DNA from: an uncultured virus (IMG/VR IMGVR_UViG_3300035208_001903)
Lineage: Duplodnaviria; Heunggongvirae; Uroviricota; Caudoviricetes
IMG/VR virus record: IMGVR_UViG_3300035208_001903
Reading direction: 5' to 3' (one strand)
DNA: 60,903 nucleotides
Shown piece after piece: positions 37,783 to 48,023 of the stretch. Position 1 is the stretch's first letter, and the number at the start of each line of letters is the position of its first letter. Both the position numbers and the translations under genes were made by a program. The notes under the pieces were generated by a model. That model worked only from the letters and a program-made list of their open reading frames with translations, was not told where the DNA came from and made no database searches.

Positions 37783-38606
37783 ATTGTCTTTTTCAACCCT
37801 TCAATTAAAGAGTATTGTGGATTCCAATTAAATATTTTTTTAGCAATTTTATTATTAATACTATAGTTTAATATTTCATTATCCTTGATTTTTTTATACT
37901 TAACTAAACATTTTTTGCCCATAAGCATTTCAATAAACTGAATAACTTGTTTAATAGAATAACTTTTCCCATAACCAACATTATATATACCAGATATATC
38001 TTTAACAATACTTATAAAAATCAATTCACAAAAATCATCTATATACAAAAAATCTCTAGTTTGATCTCCACCATATATCTCAATAGTTTTATTTTCTTTT
38101 ATATGGTTAATTATATTAGGTATAAGCATATTACCACTTTGATTCTTCCCATATAGTATTCCAATCCGTAATATTAAATAATCTAAATCATATATCTTAG
38201 TTATTTGTTCACATACATACTTAGATAAACTATAAACATTTCTCGGATCTATACTATTACTTTCAATAAACTTCTTATTGTTATTAGCATATAGTGAAAC
38301 AGTTGAAGGAATAATTAATTTAGCTTTACACTTCTTAGCTAATTCAGCTATTAACAACATAGATTTGATATTATTATTTAATTGTCTTAAATATACTTCA
38401 TAACTATCTTCTCTAGATATATCAAACGCTAAGTGTATTATAATATTAGGTTTAATTGAATATAACGATTTAACATATTTTTCATCAGATATATCTCCAT
38501 CATCTCGACTAATTGTATAAATCTTATATCTAGTAACTGATAACCATTCTTTTAAATGACATCCAATAAATCCATTAGCTCCAGTAATTAATATTTTTGT
38601 TTTCAT
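37773..38606 (-). CDS. NAD-dependent epimerase/dehydratase
   Basis: ITGANGFIG, YSLSK (YxxxK), RDFLYIDD. Confidence 0.9.
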   Translation of the reverse strand: MKTKILITGANGFIGCHLKEWLSVTRYKIYTISRDDGDISDEKYVKSLYSIKPNIIIHLAFDISREDSYEVYLRQLNNNIKSMLLIAELAKKCKAKLIIPSTVSLYANNNKKFIESNSIDPRNVYSLSKYVCEQITKIYDLDYLILRIGILYGKNQSGNMLIPNIINHIKENKTIEIYGGDQTRDFLYIDDFCELIFISIVKDISGIYNVGYGKSYSIKQVIQFIEMLMGKKCLVKYKKIKDNEILNYSINNKIAKKIFNWNPQYSLIEGLKKTICD

Positions 38607-39337
38607 TAACGTTTAATAGAATGAAAAAATGAATGAGCATTAGGATTAAATACTTTTGGTGTATCGGAGTAGTTTTCTTCCTTAAAATAACTATTATTAA
38701 ATGAACGCATAGTCATATTGTTATAATAGCAAACATTTGCAACTATATTTTCATTAGTTCCCAATATCCCTTTCTTAAAACTATCTTCCAACGCATCCAA
38801 TAATTTTTTTGAAAATCTAGATACTACCATAAATGATTTAAATCTAACATTAATATATTGATACAAATTTGTATTATCAAATTGTTCTGCATTTTTCAAG
38901 TAATCATAATCCGCACTAGTTAAATACTTCTGGTCTATATTTTGATCGCACATAATATTATAAGCTAGTAAATCATGACTATCACTTTTATACTCTTCAA
39001 AAAACTCATTATAATCACCTGCCAATTTAACATCACCTTCAATTAACCAGTAATAATCATAATTTATCTTATTCTTAAAATCAATTAAAGAAACTTCCGG
39101 ATTAAATCTAAACATTGAACCGGGTTTATTACAAATCTTAGCCCACGATAACATTTTAGATTTATTAAAATCATCTTCATTATAGTAATGAATTGGACAT
39201 ATATCAGTTATATTTAATATACTTCCTAATTTATAGTCCAAACTTAAATACACGTCATAACCAGATTCATTTTTAATCTTCTTAATTTCATCAAATACAT
39301 TTTCATTATACCAACGCATAAACACACAAGTTTTCAT
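38606..39337 (-). CDS. Putative glycosyltransferase-like protein
   Basis: YDYYWLIEGDV (DxD-like), RFS..LL, FHSIK; located in the glycan cluster. Confidence 0.5.
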   Translation of the reverse strand: MKTCVFMRWYNENVFDEIKKIKNESGYDVYLSLDYKLGSILNITDICPIHYYNEDDFNKSKMLSWAKICNKPGSMFRFNPEVSLIDFKNKINYDYYWLIEGDVKLAGDYNEFFEEYKSDSHDLLAYNIMCDQNIDQKYLTSADYDYLKNAEQFDNTNLYQYINVRFKSFMVVSRFSKKLLDALEDSFKKGILGTNENIVANVCYYNNMTMRSFNNSYFKEENYSDTPKVFNPNAHSFFHSIKR

Positions 39338-39353
39338 AATAATTCACCTTTCA

Positions 39354-39382
39354 AATATAACATTTTCTTTTACATTACACAA
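39354..39382 (-). promoter_or_regulatory. Possible extended -10 sigma70 promoter
   Basis: TTGTGT, 17 nt spacer, TATATT with upstream TG; intergenic. Confidence 0.4.
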
Positions 39383-39388
39383 ATATTT

Positions 39389-39934
39389 TTAATCCCAAGA
39401 ATGTAAAACAATATTAGTTTTAGTTAATCTATCTTTTAATGGTTGTGAATTCTCTTTAAGATATAATCTATCATGCCATTCAATATATAGTTCTTTAACA
39501 AAAGTAATAGCTCCAGTCTCAATTAAATCAGGAACTACTTTAAATTCTGCACCTTCAATATCTAATTTTAAAACAATATACTTATCTTTTAACCCAATAA
39601 TAAAATCACTTAAACTAATACATTCAACTTTATTAGGATGTTCTCTATCTAATTCCAATCTATTTTCTTTAAGTAACGTATTACCTAAATCACCAAAATG
39701 AACATTAGTCATTGTATAAAAATCTAATATTTCATTTTTAATCCATAAAGCTTTCATAATAACTTCAATATTATAGTTTTTATTAGATTCTTTAATTTTA
39801 TATAGTATATTTGCATAGCTTCTATTAGGTTCAAAAAAATAAATAGTACTACCTAACATATCATTTCGTTTATCTAATAAATCTTTAATAGTCTCACCAG
39901 AATGCGCCCCGCCATCAATAAATACTTTTTCCAT
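39389..39934 (-). CDS. FkbM-family methyltransferase
   Basis: FIDGGAHSG, FEPN, KLDIEGAE, IEWH; start reassigned to ATG 39934 (AGGAG RBS). Confidence 0.85.
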   Translation of the reverse strand: MEKVFIDGGAHSGETIKDLLDKRNDMLGSTIYFFEPNRSYANILYKIKESNKNYNIEVIMKALWIKNEILDFYTMTNVHFGDLGNTLLKENRLELDREHPNKVECISLSDFIIGLKDKYIVLKLDIEGAEFKVVPDLIETGAITFVKELYIEWHDRLYLKENSQPLKDRLTKTNIVLHSWD

Positions 39935-39938
39935 AGAA

Positions 39939-40778
39939 TTACTCCTTAAATAATATATCAAACATATAATCTTCAGGATACAAATATTTCATAGCTCTAT
40001 TAAAATTATCCTGTATATAACCGGATTCTAAAGCAACTTCATAATAATTTTGATCTATATAATTCTTTTTAATCATATCAAACTCTTCCAAAGTATTGAA
40101 TATTAACATACCTCTAGTATCAAAATAATTTCCAATACTAGGGCAACCATAATAAACTGGCACACATCCTGTTAAAAATGCATCTATAAGCTTTTCACTA
40201 AAATAATAGTCTTTCTTAGTATTCTCAACCGTTATATGATACTTATAATCTCTTAATCCATCTGCCTTATCATCTAAAAACCCATAAGAACCTCTACCAA
40301 ATAAACCATCTATACTATCTTTATACTTAGAAGCTATCTTATGACGCATTTGATGCCCGTCTGTAGTTCTTTTGTTTGAAGCGAACATTGATATTAACTT
40401 ATTTTTATTATGAATTTTAATATCATTATCTTTTAACCAATGCCCAGTAGCATTAGGACTAAACACAAATTTACTTGAAATATCTAATAATTCTTTATCA
40501 AATGTTAAAACAGTATTGAACATTTGATGATTTTGCTCGATCCACTGGTAGATATGGGGTATAACAGAAGGTGGCTCTAAAATCAAAGCTATTTTATTAG
40601 AACTAGTATATTGAGCTGCTTCGTGTAAACAATAGTCTGTAAAAACCACAATATCATCTTTAACTATTGATTTTTGAGTATTCCAGACAATTTTCTTAGG
40701 AGATTTACCAGTATTCCCAGTACCACAACTAGGCCCGCAATTAATAAAACTTCGATCAATCAATCTCAATTCAAGCAT
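39939..40778 (-). CDS. Glycosyltransferase family 10 (fucosyltransferase)-like
   Basis: YKYHITVEN...YFSEKLIDAFLTGCVPVYYG. Confidence 0.8.
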   Translation of the reverse strand: MLELRLIDRSFINCGPSCGTGNTGKSPKKIVWNTQKSIVKDDIVVFTDYCLHEAAQYTSSNKIALILEPPSVIPHIYQWIEQNHQMFNTVLTFDKELLDISSKFVFSPNATGHWLKDNDIKIHNKNKLISMFASNKRTTDGHQMRHKIASKYKDSIDGLFGRGSYGFLDDKADGLRDYKYHITVENTKKDYYFSEKLIDAFLTGCVPVYYGCPSIGNYFDTRGMLIFNTLEEFDMIKKNYIDQNYYEVALESGYIQDNFNRAMKYLYPEDYMFDILFKE

Positions 40779-40780
40779 AT

Positions 40781-41347
40781 TTATTTAATCCTTTTCCAAC
40801 ATTCAAAAACCAAATCTGCATTCCATAAACATGTATGTGTCATTTCTAAATGTTTTCTAATATTATCTATTTTTTCTTTAGTATTTTCCACATTATGATG
40901 AAATTGTATTAAATAATAATTTACTTTATCAATTAAATTATCTTTTATTATCTTATCTAATATTAAATATTCAGAACCTTCAGCATTAATTTCCATCAAA
41001 TCTATATTTTTTAAATCATTTATAATATTACTAATATTTTTAAACTTTACATTTTCAACGTTTACAGTATTATATATTGATGTTCCGTCTTCTCGTAATC
41101 CTATATTCATTTCTTTATCTTCATCTAATAAACCATAATTAAATATATGAACTTTAATATCTTTTTTAAATTTTTTAGTTAATATTTTATAAAATGAATT
41201 TACTGGTTCATATATATACATTTCACATTTATACTTATTATACAAGTCATATGCCCAGTCTCCATGATATCCACCTATATTAACTACAATACTTGTATCT
41301 ATTAATGGAAAATCTAATCTTTTTTTATTAAGTTCATCAGATTTCAT
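40781..41347 (-). CDS. FkbM-family methyltransferase
   Basis: NIGGYHG, YEPV, INAEGSEY, IQFH. Confidence 0.82.
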   Translation of the reverse strand: MKSDELNKKRLDFPLIDTSIVVNIGGYHGDWAYDLYNKYKCEMYIYEPVNSFYKILTKKFKKDIKVHIFNYGLLDEDKEMNIGLREDGTSIYNTVNVENVKFKNISNIINDLKNIDLMEINAEGSEYLILDKIIKDNLIDKVNYYLIQFHHNVENTKEKIDNIRKHLEMTHTCLWNADLVFECWKRIK

Positions 41348-41928
41348 TATAATATCTCATATCCCATTAATTGATTTAAATTAAAATATTTATAATACTC
41401 TTTACCTTTTAAGTCACATCTACAAAAATGTTCTGGTAATATTTCATAATTATTAATATAATCATATTTTTTACGAGTAAACGAAATCTTATTAGTAAAA
41501 TTCAAATTGTAAAATCTTTTTAATAGATCTTCAAAATTATCATAGTTTACATAATTATATGTATAGATACTTCCTAATTTAAATAATATTTGTTTTTCAT
41601 CTAATGGCAAGCGTTCCTTTCTTCGATTCCAACTATTATAAACATCCTCTTCATTAGCATATATATGAGGATGAGGAAAACATATTTCAACATCTTTTAA
41701 TTTACCAACAATATAAACTTTTAAAGGATCATTAGCATATTCAGATTCTTCAAATTTAATAAACTTTAAATCCTCTTTCATATAATCAAAAAAATTTTCT
41801 AATAATCTAATATAATGAGGAGTATGAATAAACATATTAATAAACGGTGATGTATACTGTAAATTAAAATGTATATTATATACTAACGTTCCAAAACAAT
41901 TATCTGATACTATAGCAAAATTACTCAT
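41347..41928 (-). CDS. DUF1919-like exopolysaccharide-associated protein
   Basis: IVSDNCFG, SPFINMFI, F.H, WNRR..R. Confidence 0.75.
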   Translation of the reverse strand: MSNFAIVSDNCFGTLVYNIHFNLQYTSPFINMFIHTPHYIRLLENFFDYMKEDLKFIKFEESEYANDPLKVYIVGKLKDVEICFPHPHIYANEEDVYNSWNRRKERLPLDEKQILFKLGSIYTYNYVNYDNFEDLLKRFYNLNFTNKISFTRKKYDYINNYEILPEHFCRCDLKGKEYYKYFNLNQLMGYEIL

Positions 41929-43040
41929 AAAAAATTAATACACATATTATCTTTAAGTATTACTTTTTCGATCGCCTCATTCAGACTACTCAGCGTACAC
42001 GAGGGACATTGTTCAACGTTAATATTATTTACTATATCTTTATGTTTTTGTGTATTCCAAACTTTAGCTATTTCAGTTACATCAGGATAATGTGAACATA
42101 ATATCATATTTTCTTGACTACGATGATCAAAACATGTATGAACATTCCCATCAGCACCAAAAGTAGGTTCGATTGGTATTATTCTACATTTACTAAAGTT
42201 TTTCTTAATAGATAGATCTGGATTAAATTTATGACGAACACCATATACATGAAAACTATTAGTATTTAATGTTTGTACTTCATCAAATTGTTTATTAATA
42301 TACTCTATATTATCCTTAAAATTAATAGTTTTTTCATCTATCTTATCAAAGTTTATATACCTAATAGGTCTTAAATGAAAATCTTTTACACCAATAGATC
42401 TAGCTAAACAAGCAGCTTCATAAACTTCACTCATATTAACCGGATGTAAAAGAAATTTAAAGCACACATCACAACCAGTATTTAATTCATTAGATCTCTT
42501 TACAATCTTCCTTATATTGTTTATAACTAAATCAAATACTTTAGAATTATTAGGCAACCCTTTCATTTTATTATATGTTTCGTTAGTTACAGCATCTACA
42601 GAAAAACCGATCCATCTACAATTTTTAACTATTATATCTATTTTTTCATCCGTTAAATAAGTACCATTAGTAATAACAGCTGATTGTATTTGATTATGTT
42701 TGAGTTGTTCTATTAAAGCCATAGTACCAGGATTCATTAAAGGCTCACCGCCACCAGTAATATACGCCGCTTTAATATGACCTTCTGGTTTATCGGATCC
42801 CCATTCTCCTAAAAAATCTGCTAGTTTAACCATATGCTCTTCTGACATAGTATCATTACCACCACTAACAGCTTTAAACGAATTACAAAAAATACAATCG
42901 AAGTTACATTTATTAGTAGGATCAATACTTACACATACAGGAGTTAAATATTCACCTTTAGCGCAAGCTTCTAAGTGATCTTTATGATACAATGCTTTCA
43001 TTGAATTAAACGGATTAAACTGATCCTGCCATTCTTTCAT
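41925..43040 (-). CDS. Radical SAM/SPASM protein
   Basis: PTNKCNFDCIFC, TGGGEPL, TNG, C...ADGNVHTC...CPSC; GGAGG RBS supports ATG 43040. Confidence 0.88.
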   Translation of the reverse strand: MKEWQDQFNPFNSMKALYHKDHLEACAKGEYLTPVCVSIDPTNKCNFDCIFCNSFKAVSGGNDTMSEEHMVKLADFLGEWGSDKPEGHIKAAYITGGGEPLMNPGTMALIEQLKHNQIQSAVITNGTYLTDEKIDIIVKNCRWIGFSVDAVTNETYNKMKGLPNNSKVFDLVINNIRKIVKRSNELNTGCDVCFKFLLHPVNMSEVYEAACLARSIGVKDFHLRPIRYINFDKIDEKTINFKDNIEYINKQFDEVQTLNTNSFHVYGVRHKFNPDLSIKKNFSKCRIIPIEPTFGADGNVHTCFDHRSQENMILCSHYPDVTEIAKVWNTQKHKDIVNNINVEQCPSCTLSSLNEAIEKVILKDNMCINFL

Positions 43041-43749
43041 TAGCAACCTCCAAAATATATTCTTTTGATGTTTTCATATTATTATAATAAAATTCTAAAT
43101 TATAAGTTGAATTACAATAATATTGTAGCTCTAATTTATCTTTATAATTAATTTTTTTATTTAACATTAAACCTATATCACTAACACTTATATTTGATTT
43201 ACCGCTTATATCTATACATTCATTTGATATATTTAATTGTAATAATTTATTTATAATATTAGCTATTTCTGTATTTGTAATAAATTGTAACTTAGAATCT
43301 GAAGATATAAATACATCTTTATCATTTAAAATATCATAAAGTATACCCTTTTTCATTTCTTTACCAATAATCACACTACATCTTAATATTAAATAACTTT
43401 TATTATCAGATATATTTTTAACTATTGTTTCTGATAATCTTTTATTTAATCCATAAGGAGTACTACTAAATTCAGCATCTACTGATGATATATAAATATA
43501 TTTTTTAAACTTAAAATTTATTATTGATTCATATACAGATTTGGTACTTAATTCAAAATCTTCTATTGGATTTTGATTTGCCCAATATTTTTTACTATTT
43601 CCATTAGCATTAATAAGAACGTCAAACGTCATATCATAAAAATATGATTGATTATCTTTTGTAATATCATATACTTCATAATCTTTTGATAAAACATTTG
43701 ATAGTTCTTTACCAACAAATCCATTAGCTCCAATAATACCAATATTCAT
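43015..43749 (-). CDS. NAD-dependent epimerase/dehydratase
   Basis: IGANGFVG, YISS, YGLNK. Confidence 0.85.
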   Translation of the reverse strand: MNIGIIGANGFVGKELSNVLSKDYEVYDITKDNQSYFYDMTFDVLINANGNSKKYWANQNPIEDFELSTKSVYESIINFKFKKYIYISSVDAEFSSTPYGLNKRLSETIVKNISDNKSYLILRCSVIIGKEMKKGILYDILNDKDVFISSDSKLQFITNTEIANIINKLLQLNISNECIDISGKSNISVSDIGLMLNKKINYKDKLELQYYCNSTYNLEFYYNNMKTSKEYILEVANERMAGSV

Positions 43750-44579
43750 ACTATCCTTTTTAAACTAATTGGAAGATCTTGATGAGGAGATATATTATCA
43801 ATCCCAATATATGTATCTGTATCTAATATATATCCTTCTAAATACATTTCATTTAAATAATTAATTGTTATACCCATATTGATATTTCTACATATTTCTT
43901 GAACTGCATTTAACGGAATATTAAAAATAGCTGATTTATTTGAACAAGCCATAAAAGGTTTCATACTTCTAGGAGCTAACTGAGATATAATAACTTCAAT
44001 ATGACTTACACTGACTATATCTCGCCTCATTAATAAATTATACATATCATCATACACAAAAATATGACAATCTACTGAATTAGGATAATTCCAATCTCCT
44101 TTAAGTTCTTCATTAGTCCATTGCCAAACATAAGGATTTTCATGTAAGAATTGTTTTGGTGGATGTGTATCAATATTTCCAGCAGTATAACACTTACTTA
44201 TTCTAGGATGCATTCGTAAAGAAAAACAACAAATACCTTTATCTTTATTTAAATCAAAAAACTGAAAGTCATGATCTTCAGTATTAAAAGATTCTTTCCA
44301 AATATCATCGTCACACATCATTGCTAAGTAATCTGTTTTATATGTATTTAAAATAAAATCCATATTAATTCTAAAATTATTTTCTTCTACATATATTAAA
44401 TCATTATGACGCTGTTTAACTAATTCATATCCTTGTTTAAATTTATCATTAGTACTTCTATACAACACAACTATATTATGATTTTGCCAGTTTATAAAAA
44501 ACTTTTTCATACTACTAATAGCTGCATCTAATTGGCAAGGTCTATTATAACTTAATATGATAAACGTAATTTTTTTCAT
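43746..44579 (-). CDS. GT-A fold glycosyltransferase (GT2-like)
   Basis: ILSYNRP.QL, CDDD, SLR, YP.S.D. Confidence 0.7.
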   Translation of the reverse strand: MKKITFIILSYNRPCQLDAAISSMKKFFINWQNHNIVVLYRSTNDKFKQGYELVKQRHNDLIYVEENNFRINMDFILNTYKTDYLAMMCDDDIWKESFNTEDHDFQFFDLNKDKGICCFSLRMHPRISKCYTAGNIDTHPPKQFLHENPYVWQWTNEELKGDWNYPNSVDCHIFVYDDMYNLLMRRDIVSVSHIEVIISQLAPRSMKPFMACSNKSAIFNIPLNAVQEICRNINMGITINYLNEMYLEGYILDTDTYIGIDNISPHQDLPISLKRIV

Positions 44580-45646
44580 ATCATTATTTCCTTTATTGTA
44601 TCTTCATTAACTGCTAATAATTTTTTAGGTATTATAATTTGTCCTGATTTAATAATATCATATTTTTTTACAGCGTCGATTTCTTTTATATAAGTATATA
44701 ATATACTATTATTAATTTGTTCTATTGTTGATACTGTTAAGTTTTTATGAAAAAAATGGTATGTATTTAACTCTTCTAAGTCTACTGATATATAATTACA
44801 TATCTTTGTAATACGATAATTAAAGTCTGCATCTTCTGGTCCATATCCTATATATCTTTCATCAAATCCTAAAATTTTATCAAACGATTTTCTATGTATC
44901 AATCCGTTACCCGGTGCTATTCCTCCCTTAGTACGAAAATTATCTTTACTATTTAAAAATATTTTTTTACAGTCTTCTATATTTAAAGGATATGAAGAAG
45001 GTCCTAAATTATTATTATATCCAACTACTCTAACTGGTACAGATCTATTCATCCAAAACAAACCCATACAATTCACATATTCAGGATGATAAAATAAATC
45101 TATATCTGATAAAAAGAAATAATCTGAATTAATTAATTGTTTAACCCCAATATTAATAGTTGTTGGCTTACAATACATTTTCAAATCTAAAGGTTCATGA
45201 TGATATTTTATATTACCTAATCCTTTGATTTTTTTATAAATACAATCCTTAGATGTATTACAAACACACACATTCACATTTTGTTTTATAATGCTCTTAA
45301 TTGAATGTTTAAGTCTATTAATAGCTTCATTTTGATCTTCATTAAAATGAAACGAATATAAAAAATCTATTTTAGGTACAACAATATTCTTCTTTAAATT
45401 ATCAAATAAATGTTGTTTGTTTTTATTTTCGTCTGTTAATATACCTAATTTTTTAGTAGCTTCTCTAATTTCATGTTTTAAACCATCTATTTCATTTGAT
45501 TTATCAATATCAATAACTTCTAAATAACCTCGATATTTTTCAGCAATATTATCAGGAACTATATATCGCTTACCATCCCACGGTATTTCTTTCTTATACT
45601 CAGTAAATCTTAATGGTTTACCAGTACGATTAATTACTACTTTCAT
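44576..45646 (-). CDS. Glycosyltransferase (GT2/GT7 C-terminal type)
   Basis: N.G, SDID, GFDERYIGYGPEDADF, H..H. Confidence 0.8.
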   Translation of the reverse strand: MKVVINRTGKPLRFTEYKKEIPWDGKRYIVPDNIAEKYRGYLEVIDIDKSNEIDGLKHEIREATKKLGILTDENKNKQHLFDNLKKNIVVPKIDFLYSFHFNEDQNEAINRLKHSIKSIIKQNVNVCVCNTSKDCIYKKIKGLGNIKYHHEPLDLKMYCKPTTINIGVKQLINSDYFFLSDIDLFYHPEYVNCMGLFWMNRSVPVRVVGYNNNLGPSSYPLNIEDCKKIFLNSKDNFRTKGGIAPGNGLIHRKSFDKILGFDERYIGYGPEDADFNYRITKICNYISVDLEELNTYHFFHKNLTVSTIEQINNSILYTYIKEIDAVKKYDIIKSGQIIIPKKLLAVNEDTIKEIMI

Positions 45647-46407
45647 AATTCTGGATATTTTGGTTTGTTTTTAATTTCTCTGGCTAAACTAATTTGATAT
45701 ATTGGATTTTTTTTACCATCACTTATAGGATTCGTATCATTATAAATATACATTATCTTATTAATAAACTGAATTCTTCTATTACCACACATTTCAACTA
45801 AAGGATACATTATAGCTAAATCCCACGCCATAGGATAATACTTTCCATTTGACATTCTTAAATCAACATCTTTTAACTGTTTCCATACCTTATATTTAAA
45901 TGTTCTTAAATGAGATGTACACCAATATTCTTTACCATCTCTATATTCTCTAGTACTCATTGTTAAAGGTTTATTCATACCACGAGTTTTATTATCAGAC
46001 ATATGAATATACTGACCATAAGTCAGCCATATATTTTGATTTTGATAAACTTCATTTAAATATTCTAATACATCATGCGCAGATAATGAATCATCTCCAT
46101 CTAACAAAACTATTATATCTTCATCATTATCACATATTAAGTTAATACCATATACTATATTTTCTAAAGCACCAACATTAACATTTCTCTGTAATAATCT
46201 ATATTGCTTTCTTTTATAATTGTCTGCCTCTGGAATATCTTTCATAAAACTTAAAATATATTCTAATGTTTTATCAGTTGAAGCATCATCTATTATAACA
46301 GATTTCCAATTAGTATATGCTTGATTATGCAATGACCATATACATTTTTGGATCCACGGCGCAGTATTATATGAAGGTATAATTATTTTAAAATTATTTT
46401 GTATCAT
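45643..46407 (-). CDS. Glycosyltransferase family 2
   Basis: IIPSYN, IDDASTD, LDGDD, SHLRTF, D.A...P..E. Confidence 0.88.
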   Translation of the reverse strand: MIQNNFKIIIPSYNTAPWIQKCIWSLHNQAYTNWKSVIIDDASTDKTLEYILSFMKDIPEADNYKRKQYRLLQRNVNVGALENIVYGINLICDNDEDIIVLLDGDDSLSAHDVLEYLNEVYQNQNIWLTYGQYIHMSDNKTRGMNKPLTMSTREYRDGKEYWCTSHLRTFKYKVWKQLKDVDLRMSNGKYYPMAWDLAIMYPLVEMCGNRRIQFINKIMYIYNDTNPISDGKKNPIYQISLAREIKNKPKYPEL

Positions 46408-47194
46408 ATTCTAATTCCTTTATCCATTTTTTAACAATTTCGTCTTTACTTAGTTCCCAGTATCCGTTAGTTGAATTATTACCGTGAAAATTAGTACCTG
46501 TTAATTTACATTCTCCTTTAATATAACCCCACGTTTCTAGTATAGATGAATGATAAACGTCTGTTACAGAATCATACATTTTTTGTTTATCGTCTTCAAT
46601 TCCTTTATATATAACTTTATTACCATCGATTAAAGGAGCTATCTGAGTTTGCCAACACCAAGGATCTGATAAAACACCATAAATTAAAACTTGTTCACAT
46701 CCGTCTGCTAAAGCCCTTTTAATAGATTCATCGACCCTTTTATTTCTATCAATTGAACCTATAATCCCGCCAATTTTCTTATTAGATTTAGTATTAGGTT
46801 TCAAATCATTTAATATATTTGGAATGATAAAATAAGGATGTTCTACTAAATGATACTGTTTTTGATGTTCACTAACGAAATGTATCTTATCATAAATAGA
46901 ATAATTAATGTTCTTTATTGGAAAAATATCTTGCTCGTGACTAGAAAAGAAAAATCCTTTAACAGGCGGTCTACTATTAAAGGAATTTATAAAATGAATT
47001 ATTAAAGTATCATCTTTATTAACTGATAACTTATTTCCACGATTATATTGTGCAGATTTACATTGATTTAAGTGCCATAGATGTGGTCCATAAAACATAG
47101 CTTCATAACCGGCTTCGTTTAAAGCATTGGTTAAATTAATAAAAGCTATTGTTGAACCACCTATGTTTGACCAACCACTTATAATTTTGATCAT
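46394..47194 (-). CDS. GT-B fold glycosyltransferase (GT4-like)
   Basis: GGS, HE, VS..Q, IPN, GSIDRNK, S..ETWG...E; start reassigned to ATG 47194 (AAAGGA RBS). Confidence 0.75.
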   Translation of the reverse strand: MIKIISGWSNIGGSTIAFINLTNALNEAGYEAMFYGPHLWHLNQCKSAQYNRGNKLSVNKDDTLIIHFINSFNSRPPVKGFFFSSHEQDIFPIKNINYSIYDKIHFVSEHQKQYHLVEHPYFIIPNILNDLKPNTKSNKKIGGIIGSIDRNKRVDESIKRALADGCEQVLIYGVLSDPWCWQTQIAPLIDGNKVIYKGIEDDKQKMYDSVTDVYHSSILETWGYIKGECKLTGTNFHGNNSTNGYWELSKDEIVKKWIKELEYDTK

Positions 47195-47216
47195 TATATA
47201 AAATCCTTTCAATTCA

Positions 47217-47245
47217 AAAATAACATTTTCTATAGTGAATGTCAA
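47217..47245 (-). promoter_or_regulatory. sigma70-type promoter heading the glycan cluster
   Basis: TTGACA (47245-47240), 17 nt spacer, TG-n-TATTTT; a late-like GATAAATA is adjacent at 47246-47253. Confidence 0.6.
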
Positions 47246-47248
47246 TAT

Positions 47249-47653
47249 TTATCGTTTCAAATAAACATAGAAATCTACTAAAGTATTATTTTGTATTAAT
47301 TCATTTAAAATAATCTTATTATCTTGCTTGGATTGTATAGCTTCAACTAAAACGTATATCGTGGTGAAAAAATTCTTTTTTGCGGATAATAACCTTTCTT
47401 TTATTATTTCAATATCATTATTTTCAATTAGTATTATTGATTCTTTACCTTTTAAAACTGATTGTATTTCTTCGTTTATTTGATTGGTTTCTGCATTAAT
47501 AGCAGAAAGTTGTATAAACTTCTCGCTGACTGTTGCTTTATTACTATCTCCACAAACTAACACGAAAAGTTTATCGTCCTTTAGATTATTAATTTGATCG
47601 ATTTCAATTCTTGTTGGTTTGTCTAATTCATAGTAATTAAGAAAGCTGATCAT
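47249..47653 (-). CDS. Hypothetical protein with leader
   Basis: Start reassigned to MISFLNYYELD. Confidence 0.55.
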   Translation of the reverse strand: MISFLNYYELDKPTRIEIDQINNLKDDKLFVLVCGDSNKATVSEKFIQLSAINAETNQINEEIQSVLKGKESIILIENNDIEIIKERLLSAKKNFFTTIYVLVEAIQSKQDNKIILNELIQNNTLVDFYVYLKR

Positions 47654-48023
47654 TTTGTATAGGTTCCTCAATGGTAACTGGTGGCGTATCAGTTATATTA
47701 TCAGTCGGAACAGCTCTTATTTTATTACATTTATCTTCTATGCTATGTAAAAACTTTTCTTTAGCTTTATTTATTACATTATGAATTTTACGTTGCATCT
47801 TCTTAATTTGATTGTTATCGCCACTCATATACTTACGCAACTCAAGACCTATAGCTGTATTAAAATCACCAAATGAAGGAAATCGTTTTTCAAGGTAATT
47901 AGATAATCGTGCTATAAAAATAGGATCCAATGAAGACGTGAACTCTATGTCTTCCTTTAACATATCGTTCACCATAGATACAAACTCTAATGGATCCTGA
48001 TAATAATAATCATTAAATTTCAT
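47637..48023 (-). CDS. Hypothetical protein with leader
   Basis: MKFNDYYYQD...LKE. Confidence 0.6.
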   Translation of the reverse strand: MKFNDYYYQDPLEFVSMVNDMLKEDIEFTSSLDPIFIARLSNYLEKRFPSFGDFNTAIGLELRKYMSGDNNQIKKMQRKIHNVINKAKEKFLHSIEDKCNKIRAVPTDNITDTPPVTIEEPIQNDQLS

